Assembly: GCA_030681095.1 (NCBI GenBank) | Contig: JAUXTZ010000043.1 | Coordinates: 1-63,992, forward strand | Direction: 5' to 3' | Origin: Burkholderiales bacterium | GTDB lineage: Bacteria; Pseudomonadota; Gammaproteobacteria; Burkholderiales; Thiobacteraceae | Length of the DNA: 63,992 nt | In this document: piece after piece, positions 26,947 to 34,904 of the stretch | Layout of the letters: each line of letters opens with the position of its first letter | How positions within the stretch are numbered: the stretch's first letter is position 1 | The notes under the pieces: generated by a model | The model's input: the letters and a program-made list of their open reading frames with translations, nothing else | Databases searched by the model: none | Told to the model about the DNA's origin: nothing | Made by a program: the position numbers and the translations under genes

Positions 26947-27294
26947 ATGACGAAGCTCATCACCGACGACCAACACATGCAGTTGCTTGCCAACGGCCGA
27001 CAGTCCCTCGAACAGGAAAACTTCGATCCCGCCCCGGTGGTCAAGTTGTTCACCCCGGACGCAGGGGCGACCTGGCTGCTGACCGAGATCGATCCGGACG
27101 ACCACGACCATGCGTTCGGGCTGTGCGACCTGGGCTTGGGGTTTCCCGAGCTGGGGTGGGTCAGCCTGGCAGAGATCGCGGCGGTGCGCGGCGGGCTCGG
27201 ACTTCCGGTTGAACGGGATCTGCACTTCGCACCGCAGACGCGTCTGAGCTCGTATGCGCGGGAGGCGCGGTTGGCCGGGCGGATCGTGGTCTAG
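26947..27294 (+). CDS. DUF2958-family protein (paralog 1)
   Basis: KLFTPDAGATWLLTEIDPDD...GLCDLGLGFPELGWVSL is the canonical DUF2958 pattern. Start refined to ATG 26947 with an AAGGAG RBS. Confidence 0.85.
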   Translation: MTKLITDDQHMQLLANGRQSLEQENFDPAPVVKLFTPDAGATWLLTEIDPDDHDHAFGLCDLGLGFPELGWVSLAEIAAVRGGLGLPVERDLHFAPQTRLSSYAREARLAGRIVV

Positions 27295-27339
27295 CGTCGA
27301 TCTATTGGCCGCCGGCGACTGCTGGCGGCCAATCCTGCC

Positions 27340-27630
27340 TTAACCCTCTTCCTTGAGCAGCCGTGCTTCGGTTTCCAGCATCAGTTCACCTGCGCTGCGG
27401 CCTAACGCTCGGGCGATCTTCAAGATCATGGCCAAGGTTGGCATGTGCTCGCCGCGCTCAATCTTCCCCATGTGGGAGCGCTCGATGCCCGCCACGTGGG
27501 CCAGGGTTTCCTGGGCGATGCCGTCCTCGGTGCGCAGGCTGCGCACGGCATCGCCAAAGGCCCGTGCCGGGCCCGCCTCAAATGTCGTCGCGCCGGTTGG
27601 CCGCCCGCGCTGAATTCCTTGCTTCTGCAT
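27340..27630 (-). CDS. XRE-family HTH transcriptional regulator (96 aa)
   Basis: QETLAHVAGIERSHMGKIERGEHMPTLAMILKIARAL is a Cro/CI-type HTH. Confidence 0.85.
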   Translation of the reverse strand: MQKQGIQRGRPTGATTFEAGPARAFGDAVRSLRTEDGIAQETLAHVAGIERSHMGKIERGEHMPTLAMILKIARALGRSAGELMLETEARLLKEEG

Positions 27631-27664
27631 ACACAGAAGCGTCGTGTTTCATGTCTATTAAAAC

Positions 27665-27694
27665 CACGTTATCTTTAACTCATAAAATAACGTG
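27665..27694. promoter_or_regulatory. perfect 8-bp inverted repeat (candidate XRE operator)
   Basis: CACGTTAT (27665-27672) and ATAACGTG (27687-27694), 14 nt apart, in the AT-rich divergent intergenic region. Confidence 0.35.
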
Positions 27695-27806
27695 CATTGT
27701 TCCAGCGCGCTTGTGTCCCGAAATTTACGGTTCGAGAAGCGCTGTCGCAGTGGGGCTTGCGTTATGCCTCCCGCGAATTAGTATGTAACTACCTCACGAA
27801 ATCGCC

Positions 27807-28148
27807 ATGACATTTCTCACAGACGAACAGCGAGGCCGGATGCTGGCCAACGGTGTCGCGCGGGTGCGTGGGGACACTCTTGACCCCTTGCCCGTGGTCA
27901 AGCTCTACACGCTGGACGCCGGGGCTGCCTGGCTGCTGACCGAGCTCGACGCCGATGGAGACAAGGCCTACGGCCTGTGCGACGCCGGCACCGGGAGTCC
28001 TGAGCTTGGGCAGGTCAGCCTCTCGGCCCTTGAAGGTGTCCGCGGGCCACAGGGCATGCGCATCGTGGCCGATCCTCACTTCAAACCGCGCCAGCCGTTG
28101 TCAGGCTACCTGGCCGACGCACAGCGCGACGGTTCGATCAACGACTGA
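27807..28148 (+). CDS. DUF2958-family protein (paralog 2)
   Basis: KLYTLDAGAAWLLTELDADG...GLCDAGTGSPELGQVSL. Divergent from the XRE gene. Confidence 0.85.
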   Translation: MTFLTDEQRGRMLANGVARVRGDTLDPLPVVKLYTLDAGAAWLLTELDADGDKAYGLCDAGTGSPELGQVSLSALEGVRGPQGMRIVADPHFKPRQPLSGYLADAQRDGSIND

Positions 28149-28250
28149 TGTGTTGCTGCAACATCGCTAATCGCGCGGCGTAAGGTCGCCTTAAAGGCGA
28201 TCCTGCTTTTCCTCGTCTGTGGCAGTGTTCCTCTTCCAAAGGAGGATTCT

Positions 28251-28451
28251 GTGACCAAACCCAACCCCGAAGACCTGCCTGGCGCGCCATGGGGCGTGTC
28301 CGCCGCCTACCTCTATGTGCTGGACTTGGACAACTCTGCTCTCGCCTGGGAGTACTTGCGCCGCCATCCGAGCTACCGCTCGGATTGGGCGCGCCGCAAG
28401 CGCGTGGTGTCCTTTGCCCGTTGGGGGTTGCGATGTCGCCGAAAACCCTGA
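28251..28451 (+). CDS. DUF6499-type N-terminal segment of an FseA-like activator (frame 0)
   Basis: GTG start with a GGAGG RBS, motif AWEYLRRHPSYRSDW. The frame ends at TGA 28449-28451, while the conserved sequence continues in the +1 frame. Confidence 0.7.
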   Translation: MTKPNPEDLPGAPWGVSAAYLYVLDLDNSALAWEYLRRHPSYRSDWARRKRVVSFARWGLRCRRKP

Positions 28452-29049
28452 TAGGGACGGGCGCAATGCACAGCCGCTGTGGCTGTCGTCCTCGGACGAC
28501 TTGTTGCATGTGCGTCCTGCGCCCGCGCGCAAGTCAACAGCTAGCCGCTTCGACCTGTGGCGCATCCCTGGCCGCAAGCGTTTGGCGCTTGACGGCCGCG
28601 ACTTGGCGCTGACTGCCGACCTCAGCGCGCAGCGCATGCGCTTGTCGCTGTCTGGCGTCCTGGCTGACGGCGCCGCTTACGCGAGCGCCGTACCGCTGGC
28701 GCCGCGCCTTCGTGGCCAGCTCGACACTTTCTCCGCGCAAGCGCAGGCCTTGGAAGGCCATACGCCGCAGGTCGACCCTGCACGGGCAGTGTCCCGCGCC
28801 GCGCTGCTTCATTTACGCGCCCTGCAGGCGTTCGACGCCTCGCAAGCAGGCGCTTCGCATCGCGACATCGCCCAGGCCTTATTCGGTCTCGAAGCTGTTG
28901 TTCTACGTTGGCACGAGGATGGTGAACTCCGCGCTCAGGTGCGCCACCTGATGCGACGGGCAGAGGCGTATGTGACCCGCGGCTACCTGGCCCTGGCCGG
29001 CGTATCGCATCCCGCCGCGAAGCACCCCGGAGACGAACGAGTGCGCTGA
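28438..29049 (+). CDS. DUF2285-type C-terminal segment of an FseA-like activator (+1 frame, no start of its own)
   Basis: AENPDRDGRNAQPLW continues the WGLR.. motif of the upstream ORF, followed by a C-terminal HTH-like GASHRDIAQALFG. Either a programmed +1 frameshift or a pseudogene. Confidence 0.65.
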   Translation, partial: AENPDRDGRNAQPLWLSSSDDLLHVRPAPARKSTASRFDLWRIPGRKRLALDGRDLALTADLSAQRMRLSLSGVLADGAAYASAVPLAPRLRGQLDTFSAQAQALEGHTPQVDPARAVSRAALLHLRALQAFDASQAGASHRDIAQALFGLEAVVLRWHEDGELRAQVRHLMRRAEAYVTRGYLALAGVSHPAAKHPGDERVR

Positions 29050-29141
29050 ATTTCTCCCTGCCCTGATCGGGCCTGATTCCCGAGACTGCCTCCATCGGGC
29101 CGCGAATGGTTTGCGGCCCATCGACAGCGATGGAGGTCGTC

Positions 29142-29447
29142 ATGGCAGTTGGCAGTTCTTTCTCTTCCCGCACGGCCGCCGCGCCTGCGCCGCAGCCCTC
29201 TGCGGCTTCGGCGGTCCCAGCGGCCCCCGCTAATCCCGAATTCCTGACCACCGACGAAGCCGGCGCGTTCCTTCGGCTCTCGCCGCGCACGCTGGAAAAG
29301 CACCGCGTACTAGGAGGTGGTCCGCGGTTCCGCAAGTTCGGCGCGCGCGTCGTCTACGCGGCCGCTGACCTGCGTGCCTGGGCCGACAGCCGCGCCTACG
29401 GCATGACCTCGGACCCAGGCTACGTGCAGCGAGATTCGGTTCGCTGA
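29142..29447 (+). CDS. excisionase-family (MerR/HTH_17-type, RdfS-like) DNA-binding protein
   Basis: LTTDEAGAFLRLSPRTLEKHRVLGGGPRFRKFGARVVYAAADLRAWA. Start refined to ATG 29142 with a GGAGG RBS at 29132-29136. Confidence 0.7.
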   Translation: MAVGSSFSSRTAAAPAPQPSAASAVPAAPANPEFLTTDEAGAFLRLSPRTLEKHRVLGGGPRFRKFGARVVYAAADLRAWADSRAYGMTSDPGYVQRDSVR

Positions 29448-29471
29448 ACGGCCGCACGGGGGACACACGGC

Positions 29472-30476
29472 ATGTCGAAGCGACTGAGCGAGCGCGAACA
29501 GCTCACGCTGTTCCGCGCGTTGCCGCACGGCGACATGGCGCTGCGCGATGCGCAGGACCTGATGGCCTACCCGTTCTTCTCCCTGGCCAAGTCGCCGCGC
29601 ATCGTGCCGATCCGCTTCGAGGCCGGCGGCATCTCGCTCACCGTCGAGGGGGTGCCCGAGCACGGCATCGCCACTATCTGGGATGCCGATGTGTTGATCT
29701 GGGCCGCCAGCCAAATCATCCAGGCGAAGAAGGAAGGCATCGCGCCTTCGCGTCTGATGGTGGCCACGCCTTACGAGATCCTGCGTTTTGCGCAGCGGGG
29801 TACCGGTCGCAGCGACTACCTGGCGCTGCGCGCCGCGCTGGACCGCCTGCAGTCCACCACCGTCGCCACGACGCTACGCCAGCGCGAGCGCCCGAACGGC
29901 GGCAAGCGCGTGCACCGCTTCTCCTGGATCAACGAGTGGAAGGAATACATCCGGCCCGACGGGCGTTCCGACGGCATCGAGCTGATCTTGGCCGACTGGT
30001 TCTTCAGCGGTGTGATGGATGAGGCCCTGGTGCTCACGCTCGATCCGACCTATTTCCGGCTTTCAGGTGGCATTGAGCGCTGGTTGTACCGGCTGGTGCG
30101 CAAGCACGGCGGCCGGCAGCCTGCGGGCTGGCGCTTCGAGATGCGCCACCTGCACCTGAAATCCGGAAGCCTGCAGCGCGCTTCGGACTTCGCGCTTCAA
30201 GTGCGCCAGCTCGCGCGGCGCCAGGCGCTGCCCGGCTACCAGCTGTCTCTGGAGCGCAGCGGCGGCATCGAATGGCTGGCCTTTCGGCCCGGCCAAACCG
30301 AACCCTCCGAGAGTGACTTATCCACAGCTTCTGTTGAAGAACCTGTGGATGGCTTGGGGATGGGCTCGGTGGATCACCCGCACGACCCTCGGTGGATCGC
30401 CCGCAGAAGTATCGGTGGATCGCCCGCACCAATCGTCCGGAAAGCCGCGCCCAGCAACGGTTTCGGGTCGCCCTAA
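29472..30476 (+). CDS. repA: replication initiator protein A (RepA)
   Basis: DLMAYPFFSLAKSPRIVPIRFE is the RepA-family N-terminal signature. The position before parA fits the ICE family. Confidence 0.85.
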   Translation: MSKRLSEREQLTLFRALPHGDMALRDAQDLMAYPFFSLAKSPRIVPIRFEAGGISLTVEGVPEHGIATIWDADVLIWAASQIIQAKKEGIAPSRLMVATPYEILRFAQRGTGRSDYLALRAALDRLQSTTVATTLRQRERPNGGKRVHRFSWINEWKEYIRPDGRSDGIELILADWFFSGVMDEALVLTLDPTYFRLSGGIERWLYRLVRKHGGRQPAGWRFEMRHLHLKSGSLQRASDFALQVRQLARRQALPGYQLSLERSGGIEWLAFRPGQTEPSESDLSTASVEEPVDGLGMGSVDHPHDPRWIARRSIGGSPAPIVRKAAPSNGFGSP

Positions 30477-30496
30477 ACATCTAAAGGAATACATAA

Positions 30497-31245
30497 ATGG
30501 AAGTCACGCGCGCGCGAACCGAAGCTGCTCAAAAGACGGGCAGTGCCTCGCCGGAGGCAGTCCAAACAGCCGAAAACCGCTTACCAGGAAGACACGAGCG
30601 GCCCGGAAGGGTGATCGCGCTGCTCAACCAGAAAGGCGGCGCAGGCAAAACCACGCTCGCCACACACCTGGCCGGTGAACTGGCGATGGCGGGAAATCGC
30701 GTGACGCTGCTCGACGCCGATCCACAAGGCTCAGCCCTCGACTGGGCGCAGCGACGGCTTCAGAACGGCCAGGAACGGCTCTACGGCGTGTTCGGGCTGG
30801 CGAGGGACTCGCTGCACCAGGAAGCGCCGCAGATCGCCCTGGAGGCGGATTACTTGGTGATCGACGGACCGCCCAGGGTCGCAGCCCTTGCGCGCTCCGC
30901 GCTGTTGGCCGCCGACCTGGTGCTGATTCCGGTGCAGCCCAGCGCCTACGACGTGTGGGCCAGCCAGAGATGGTGACGCTCATCGCCGAGGCTCGGGTGT
31001 TCAGGCCGCAGCTACGCGCGGCCTTCGTGATCAACCGGCGTGTGGTCGGCACGGTGATTGGGCGCGAAGCACGCGCCGCGCTAGCCGATCAGCCCTTCGC
31101 CGCGCTGCACACCGAAGTCTCGCAGCGCATCGTGTTCGCCGACAGCGTGGCTGCAGGCCGGCTCGCATGCGAAGCCGCGCCAAAGAGCGCCGCCGCGCGC
31201 GAGATCGCCGCACTTGCGCAAGCGGTACGGGAGATGCTGCGATGA
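30497..31245 (+). pseudogene. parA: ParA partition ATPase, interrupted by a -1 frameshift near 30962-30967
   Basis: Walker A LNQKGGAGKTTLATHLA lies in frame 0, which stops at 30976. The conserved continuation PEMVTLIAEARVFRP... lies in the -1 frame (track ORF 30955-31245). The N-terminal start is uncertain. Confidence 0.75.
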
Positions 31246-31505
31246 CGGCATCTGCGTCATCTGCAGCGCCCAAGCGGGCACCCATCGGCCGCAAGCCGGC
31301 GGTCGACCCGGCTTCGACCTGGGTGCGGCAGGCCGATGCACCAGAGGGTGCCCCCAAAGCATCGATCTACACCGCTCGCCTGACCATTGACGTGACGCCG
31401 TCGCTTCGCGGGCGCATCAAGGTGATCGCGTTCGAACGCGGCGACACGGCGGCCGAGATGTTGCGCGAGCTGCTGGAGCGCGAGTACGGCGCAGGCCAGC
31501 CATGA
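31242..31505 (+). CDS. ribbon-helix-helix partition/centromere-binding-like protein
   Basis: Start refined to ATG 31242, an ATGA overlap with the parA stop. C-terminal ARLTIDVTPSLRGRIKVIAFERGDTAAEMLRELLE is RHH-like. Confidence 0.65.
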   Translation: MTASASSAAPKRAPIGRKPAVDPASTWVRQADAPEGAPKASIYTARLTIDVTPSLRGRIKVIAFERGDTAAEMLRELLEREYGAGQP

Positions 31506-32020
31506 TGCAGTTGCTCCCCGTCACCGTGCAGGCTTGGCCCCAGGCTGTGCTTCCGCCACGGCCTGTCCATATGCGGGTCTCGCTCGCCTTCGTCGAGCAT
31601 CGCGTGAACGTCTGGCTGCGCTTCGGCCAGCCGGTGCGCGAGACGGTGTTGGACCGCTGGCGGCGTGTGGCGACATTCGAACCCAACTCAGTCTGCTGCC
31701 GCGTGAAGTGGATCGGCAATGACTACGGCACGGCGCTCTGGCAGCTCATAGTGCTGCAGGCGCCGACGCCGTTCGAGGGCGCGCAACGCATCGCGGGCGT
31801 AGCCCCCGGCGCGCACATCCTGCTGCGCGCCGATGGCGAGCAGCAGGTCAAGGCGGTGCTCGAAGTGATCGACGCCATCGAAGTGCTGGGCGTCAATCCG
31901 GCCGCGGTTGCCGTCACGTACTGGCGCACGGTCGGCAACCGGCTGGCAGCACGCCAGCCGCTGCCGGACTACACCACCGAGCGGCATGCGGCGCATCTTG
32001 CGCGAGGAGCATTGAGATGA
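31502..32020 (+). CDS. DUF2840-family protein
   Basis: 172-aa ORF coupled by ATGA overlaps on both sides. Position between par genes and traF, and a sequence pattern recalled from Tn4371-like ICEs. Confidence 0.65.
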   Translation: MMQLLPVTVQAWPQAVLPPRPVHMRVSLAFVEHRVNVWLRFGQPVRETVLDRWRRVATFEPNSVCCRVKWIGNDYGTALWQLIVLQAPTPFEGAQRIAGVAPGAHILLRADGEQQVKAVLEVIDAIEVLGVNPAAVAVTYWRTVGNRLAARQPLPDYTTERHAAHLARGALR

Positions 32021-32550
32021 GCCGGCGCGTGCTCCTCGCCGGGATGGGCATTGGCCTGGCTGCACTGTGCGCGCCGGCCTTCATGCCGATATCGGCGCAT
32101 GACCGGGTGTTCGTGGTCTACAACCCGACGGACAGCGTGCCGCGCGGCTGGTACCGGGTCAGCAGCATCGACAACGCAGCCTCGCTGCATGTCGGCAGCA
32201 TCGTGCTGGCTCAGCTTCCCGCCGACGTAGCCTCGTTTGCGGGACAGCGCGGCTATCTTCCGAACGGCGTGCCAATCCTCAAACGTGTTGGCGCCGTCGC
32301 GCCGCAGCTGGTGTGCGTTCGGGAACAGGCTGTGCGCGTGGACAAGGTAGTGGTGGCGACCGCGCGAACGCATGACGGCGAGCGCCGGCCGCTGGTGGCT
32401 TGGGCACAGTGTCGTCCGCTTTCAGATGGCGAACTGTTCCTGCTCAGCGACACGAACCCAGCGTCCTTCGACAGCCGTTACTTCGGCCCCATACCGGTGT
32501 CCGCCGTCCTCGGCATCGCGCGACCACTGTGGCCCTGGAGCGCGCTATGA
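32017..32550 (+). CDS. traF: conjugative transfer signal peptidase TraF (S26 family)
   Basis: N-terminal TM segment, LLSDTNPASFDSRYFGPIP S26/TraF motif. Confidence 0.85.
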   Translation: MSRRVLLAGMGIGLAALCAPAFMPISAHDRVFVVYNPTDSVPRGWYRVSSIDNAASLHVGSIVLAQLPADVASFAGQRGYLPNGVPILKRVGAVAPQLVCVREQAVRVDKVVVATARTHDGERRPLVAWAQCRPLSDGELFLLSDTNPASFDSRYFGPIPVSAVLGIARPLWPWSAL

Positions 32551-32922
32551 GTTCGGGTCCATCGCGTCATCAAACATGTCGCCGAACTGCAGCCGGGCAT
32601 GCGCCTGCACTGCACTCGGTCGTGCAGGGAGCCCGTCGCCAGCGTGCAGCATGCGCTGCACCGCCGCTGCCTCTCGGGCAGCGTTGCGCACCCGGTGCGC
32701 GGCTGGCGGCAAGTCGGAGCCGGGAGCGGATGCGGAAGGCGGAGACGGAGGGCCAGATAAAGGGGGTGGCACGTCGCGCCCCTCCAAGCCAGTCTGCACG
32801 TGGGTTTGCGGCGGCACCGCAAGGGGTCCTGCGCGTGCCGCGCAGAGCCTGCAAGCCGGATGGTAGCGGCGTCTGTCGCGTGCCGCTTCCGATGCGCTGC
32901 GCCGCTGTGCGCTGGAGTCTCC
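32551..32922. other. candidate oriT region
   Basis: 372-bp stretch with no credible ORF, immediately upstream of the relaxase. GC hairpins such as ttgcgg-cggca-ccgcaa and ctgcgcg-tgc-cgcgcag. The call rests on position only. Confidence 0.3.
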
Positions 32923-34866
32923 ATGGCTGGCAATGACGAGGATCGCTTTCGGGTCAAGCCCGCGGAGCCGAAGTCGCGCGGCGGGCCCCGCTCGCAGCGC
33001 TTTGTTTCTGAGGTTCTCAAGCAGGTGTCGAAGACCGGCGCGAAGCCCTCGGGCAAGAGCCTTGGTAGACCCGCCAACACGTTCGGGCGCGGCCGCGTCG
33101 CGGCGTCCACGGCTGGCCAGCGCCTGCTGCCGAACGCGCGGCGTGTGGTCATCAAGTCGCGTTTCGTCGTGCTCAAGCGCGCCAGCCCGAACTCGGTGGC
33201 AGTTCACCTGCGCTACATCGAGCGCGACGGTGTCACCCGCGATGGGCAGAAGGGCCAGGCCTACGGCCCGGACACCGATGGGGTCGACCTCAAGGCTTTC
33301 CAGGAACGCGGCCAAAACGACCGCCACCAGTTCCGCTTCATCGTCTCGTCCGAAGACGGGCTGGAGCTGGAAGACCTCAAGGGATTCACCCGCCAGTTGA
33401 TGCGCCGCATGGAGATCGACCTGGAGACCCGATTGGACTGGGTGGCCGTCGATCACTGGGACACGGACAACCCGCACACCCACATCGTGTTGAACGGTCG
33501 TACCGCCAGCAAGAAGGATCTAGTGATCGCCCCTGACTACATGGCGCATGGAATGCGCATGCGCGCCAGCGAAATCGCCACCGAGTGGCTGGGGCCGCGT
33601 ACAGAAGCTGAGATGCGGCAGCGCCTGCTGCGCGAGGTGGACCAGCAGCGACTGACCAGCCTCGACCGGGCGTTGATCCGGCAAGCCGGCCCGGATGGCA
33701 TCGACCTGACAGGCAACCCGACGGATGGGCAACGCCAGAACGTTCTGCGGGCGCGGCTACAGCGTCTCGAAGGGATGAGACTTGCCGAGCGGGCGGATGC
33801 GAATCGATGGAAGCTCCAGCCCGGTATGGCGGCCACGCTTAACACCATGGGCGAGCGAGAGGATGCACTGGACACCATGCGCCGCGCACTCAAGGATCAG
33901 AAGCGCGAACTGGTGGTGCATGACGCCGATCTTGCCAACACAGCGCCTGTGATCGGCCGCATCGCCGGCAAGGGTCTGGCTGATGAGTTGAACGACCGGG
34001 GGTATCTAGTGATCGATGGCGTCGACGGTCGGGCGCATTACCTGAAGCTACCGGTCAGGGTCGATTTGGCCGAGCTGCCGATGCACGTCATCGTGGAGGT
34101 CAAGCCACCGGCGCAGGAAAAGATTGTAGACATCAACATCCTGACGGCGTCCAAGGACGGCATCTACAGCACGAGCAGTCATCTGGACCAGCTCGAGCAG
34201 GCCGGCGATCGTGATCCGCAGGCCGCCATCGAAACCCATGTGCGCCGGCTTGAAGCCCTGCGGCGCGCGGGTGTGGTGGAACGCATCGTCGATGGCGTTT
34301 GGACGATCCCGAGCGACCTGAGGCAGAGAGCGCAGCAGTACGACTCGGAGAAGACAGCAGGCTACGTTATCGAGCTACGCTCGCATCTACCCATCGAGCA
34401 GCAGGCGCGGGCAGTCGGCGCGACCTGGCTGGACCGTAATCTAGTCGCTGTTGGCGGTGTGGCAAATCATGGCTTCGGCGCGCAGGTGCGAGACGCGATG
34501 CAGTATCGAGAGGACTTCCTCGTCGAGCAAGGGCTGGCGAAACGCCGAGGCAAGCGTGTGGTCCTTGCGCGCAATTTTCTGGGGACTCTGCGCGACCGTG
34601 AACTGACAGCCGTGGGTAAATCCCTCCAAGACCAGACCGGCCAAACCTACCGTCCGCTGCAGGACGGCCAGCAGTCCAGCGGCGTCTACCGCCGGTCCAT
34701 TCAACTCACCAGCGGCCGCTTCGCCATGCTCGACGACGGCATGGCTTTCAGCTTGGTACCGTGGCGGCCTGTGATCGAGCGGCGACTGGGCCAGCGCCTC
34801 AATGCCGTGGTTCGTGGCCCATCAGTCACTTGGAATTTCGACAGGCAGCGAAGTCATTCCATCTGA
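32923..34866 (+). CDS. relaxase/mobilisation nuclease (VirD2-like with DUF3363-type C-terminus)
   Basis: HLRYIERDGV and the histidine triad DHWDTDNPHTHIVL. Start refined to MAGNDEDRFRVKP (ATG 32923). Confidence 0.85.
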   Translation: MAGNDEDRFRVKPAEPKSRGGPRSQRFVSEVLKQVSKTGAKPSGKSLGRPANTFGRGRVAASTAGQRLLPNARRVVIKSRFVVLKRASPNSVAVHLRYIERDGVTRDGQKGQAYGPDTDGVDLKAFQERGQNDRHQFRFIVSSEDGLELEDLKGFTRQLMRRMEIDLETRLDWVAVDHWDTDNPHTHIVLNGRTASKKDLVIAPDYMAHGMRMRASEIATEWLGPRTEAEMRQRLLREVDQQRLTSLDRALIRQAGPDGIDLTGNPTDGQRQNVLRARLQRLEGMRLAERADANRWKLQPGMAATLNTMGEREDALDTMRRALKDQKRELVVHDADLANTAPVIGRIAGKGLADELNDRGYLVIDGVDGRAHYLKLPVRVDLAELPMHVIVEVKPPAQEKIVDINILTASKDGIYSTSSHLDQLEQAGDRDPQAAIETHVRRLEALRRAGVVERIVDGVWTIPSDLRQRAQQYDSEKTAGYVIELRSHLPIEQQARAVGATWLDRNLVAVGGVANHGFGAQVRDAMQYREDFLVEQGLAKRRGKRVVLARNFLGTLRDRELTAVGKSLQDQTGQTYRPLQDGQQSSGVYRRSIQLTSGRFAMLDDGMAFSLVPWRPVIERRLGQRLNAVVRGPSVTWNFDRQRSHSI

Positions 34867-34904
34867 GCCCGCTGGCGCGTGATCACGGGTGCGGCGGCGA
34901 GTAG

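Noticed and set aside
28446-28451. CCC-TGA as the +1 frameshift site of the FseA-like gene (prfB-like)
   Set aside because: The site is attractive mechanistically. However, the family-conserved AENP residues are encoded upstream of it (28438-28449) in the +1 frame, so the frame change must occur before 28438.
32545-33483. 312-aa minus-strand ORF across the traF-relaxase gap and the relaxase 5' end
   Set aside because: It is antisense to the relaxase histidine-triad region and has biased composition. It is the only long ORF touching the oriT-candidate gap and is not protein-like there.
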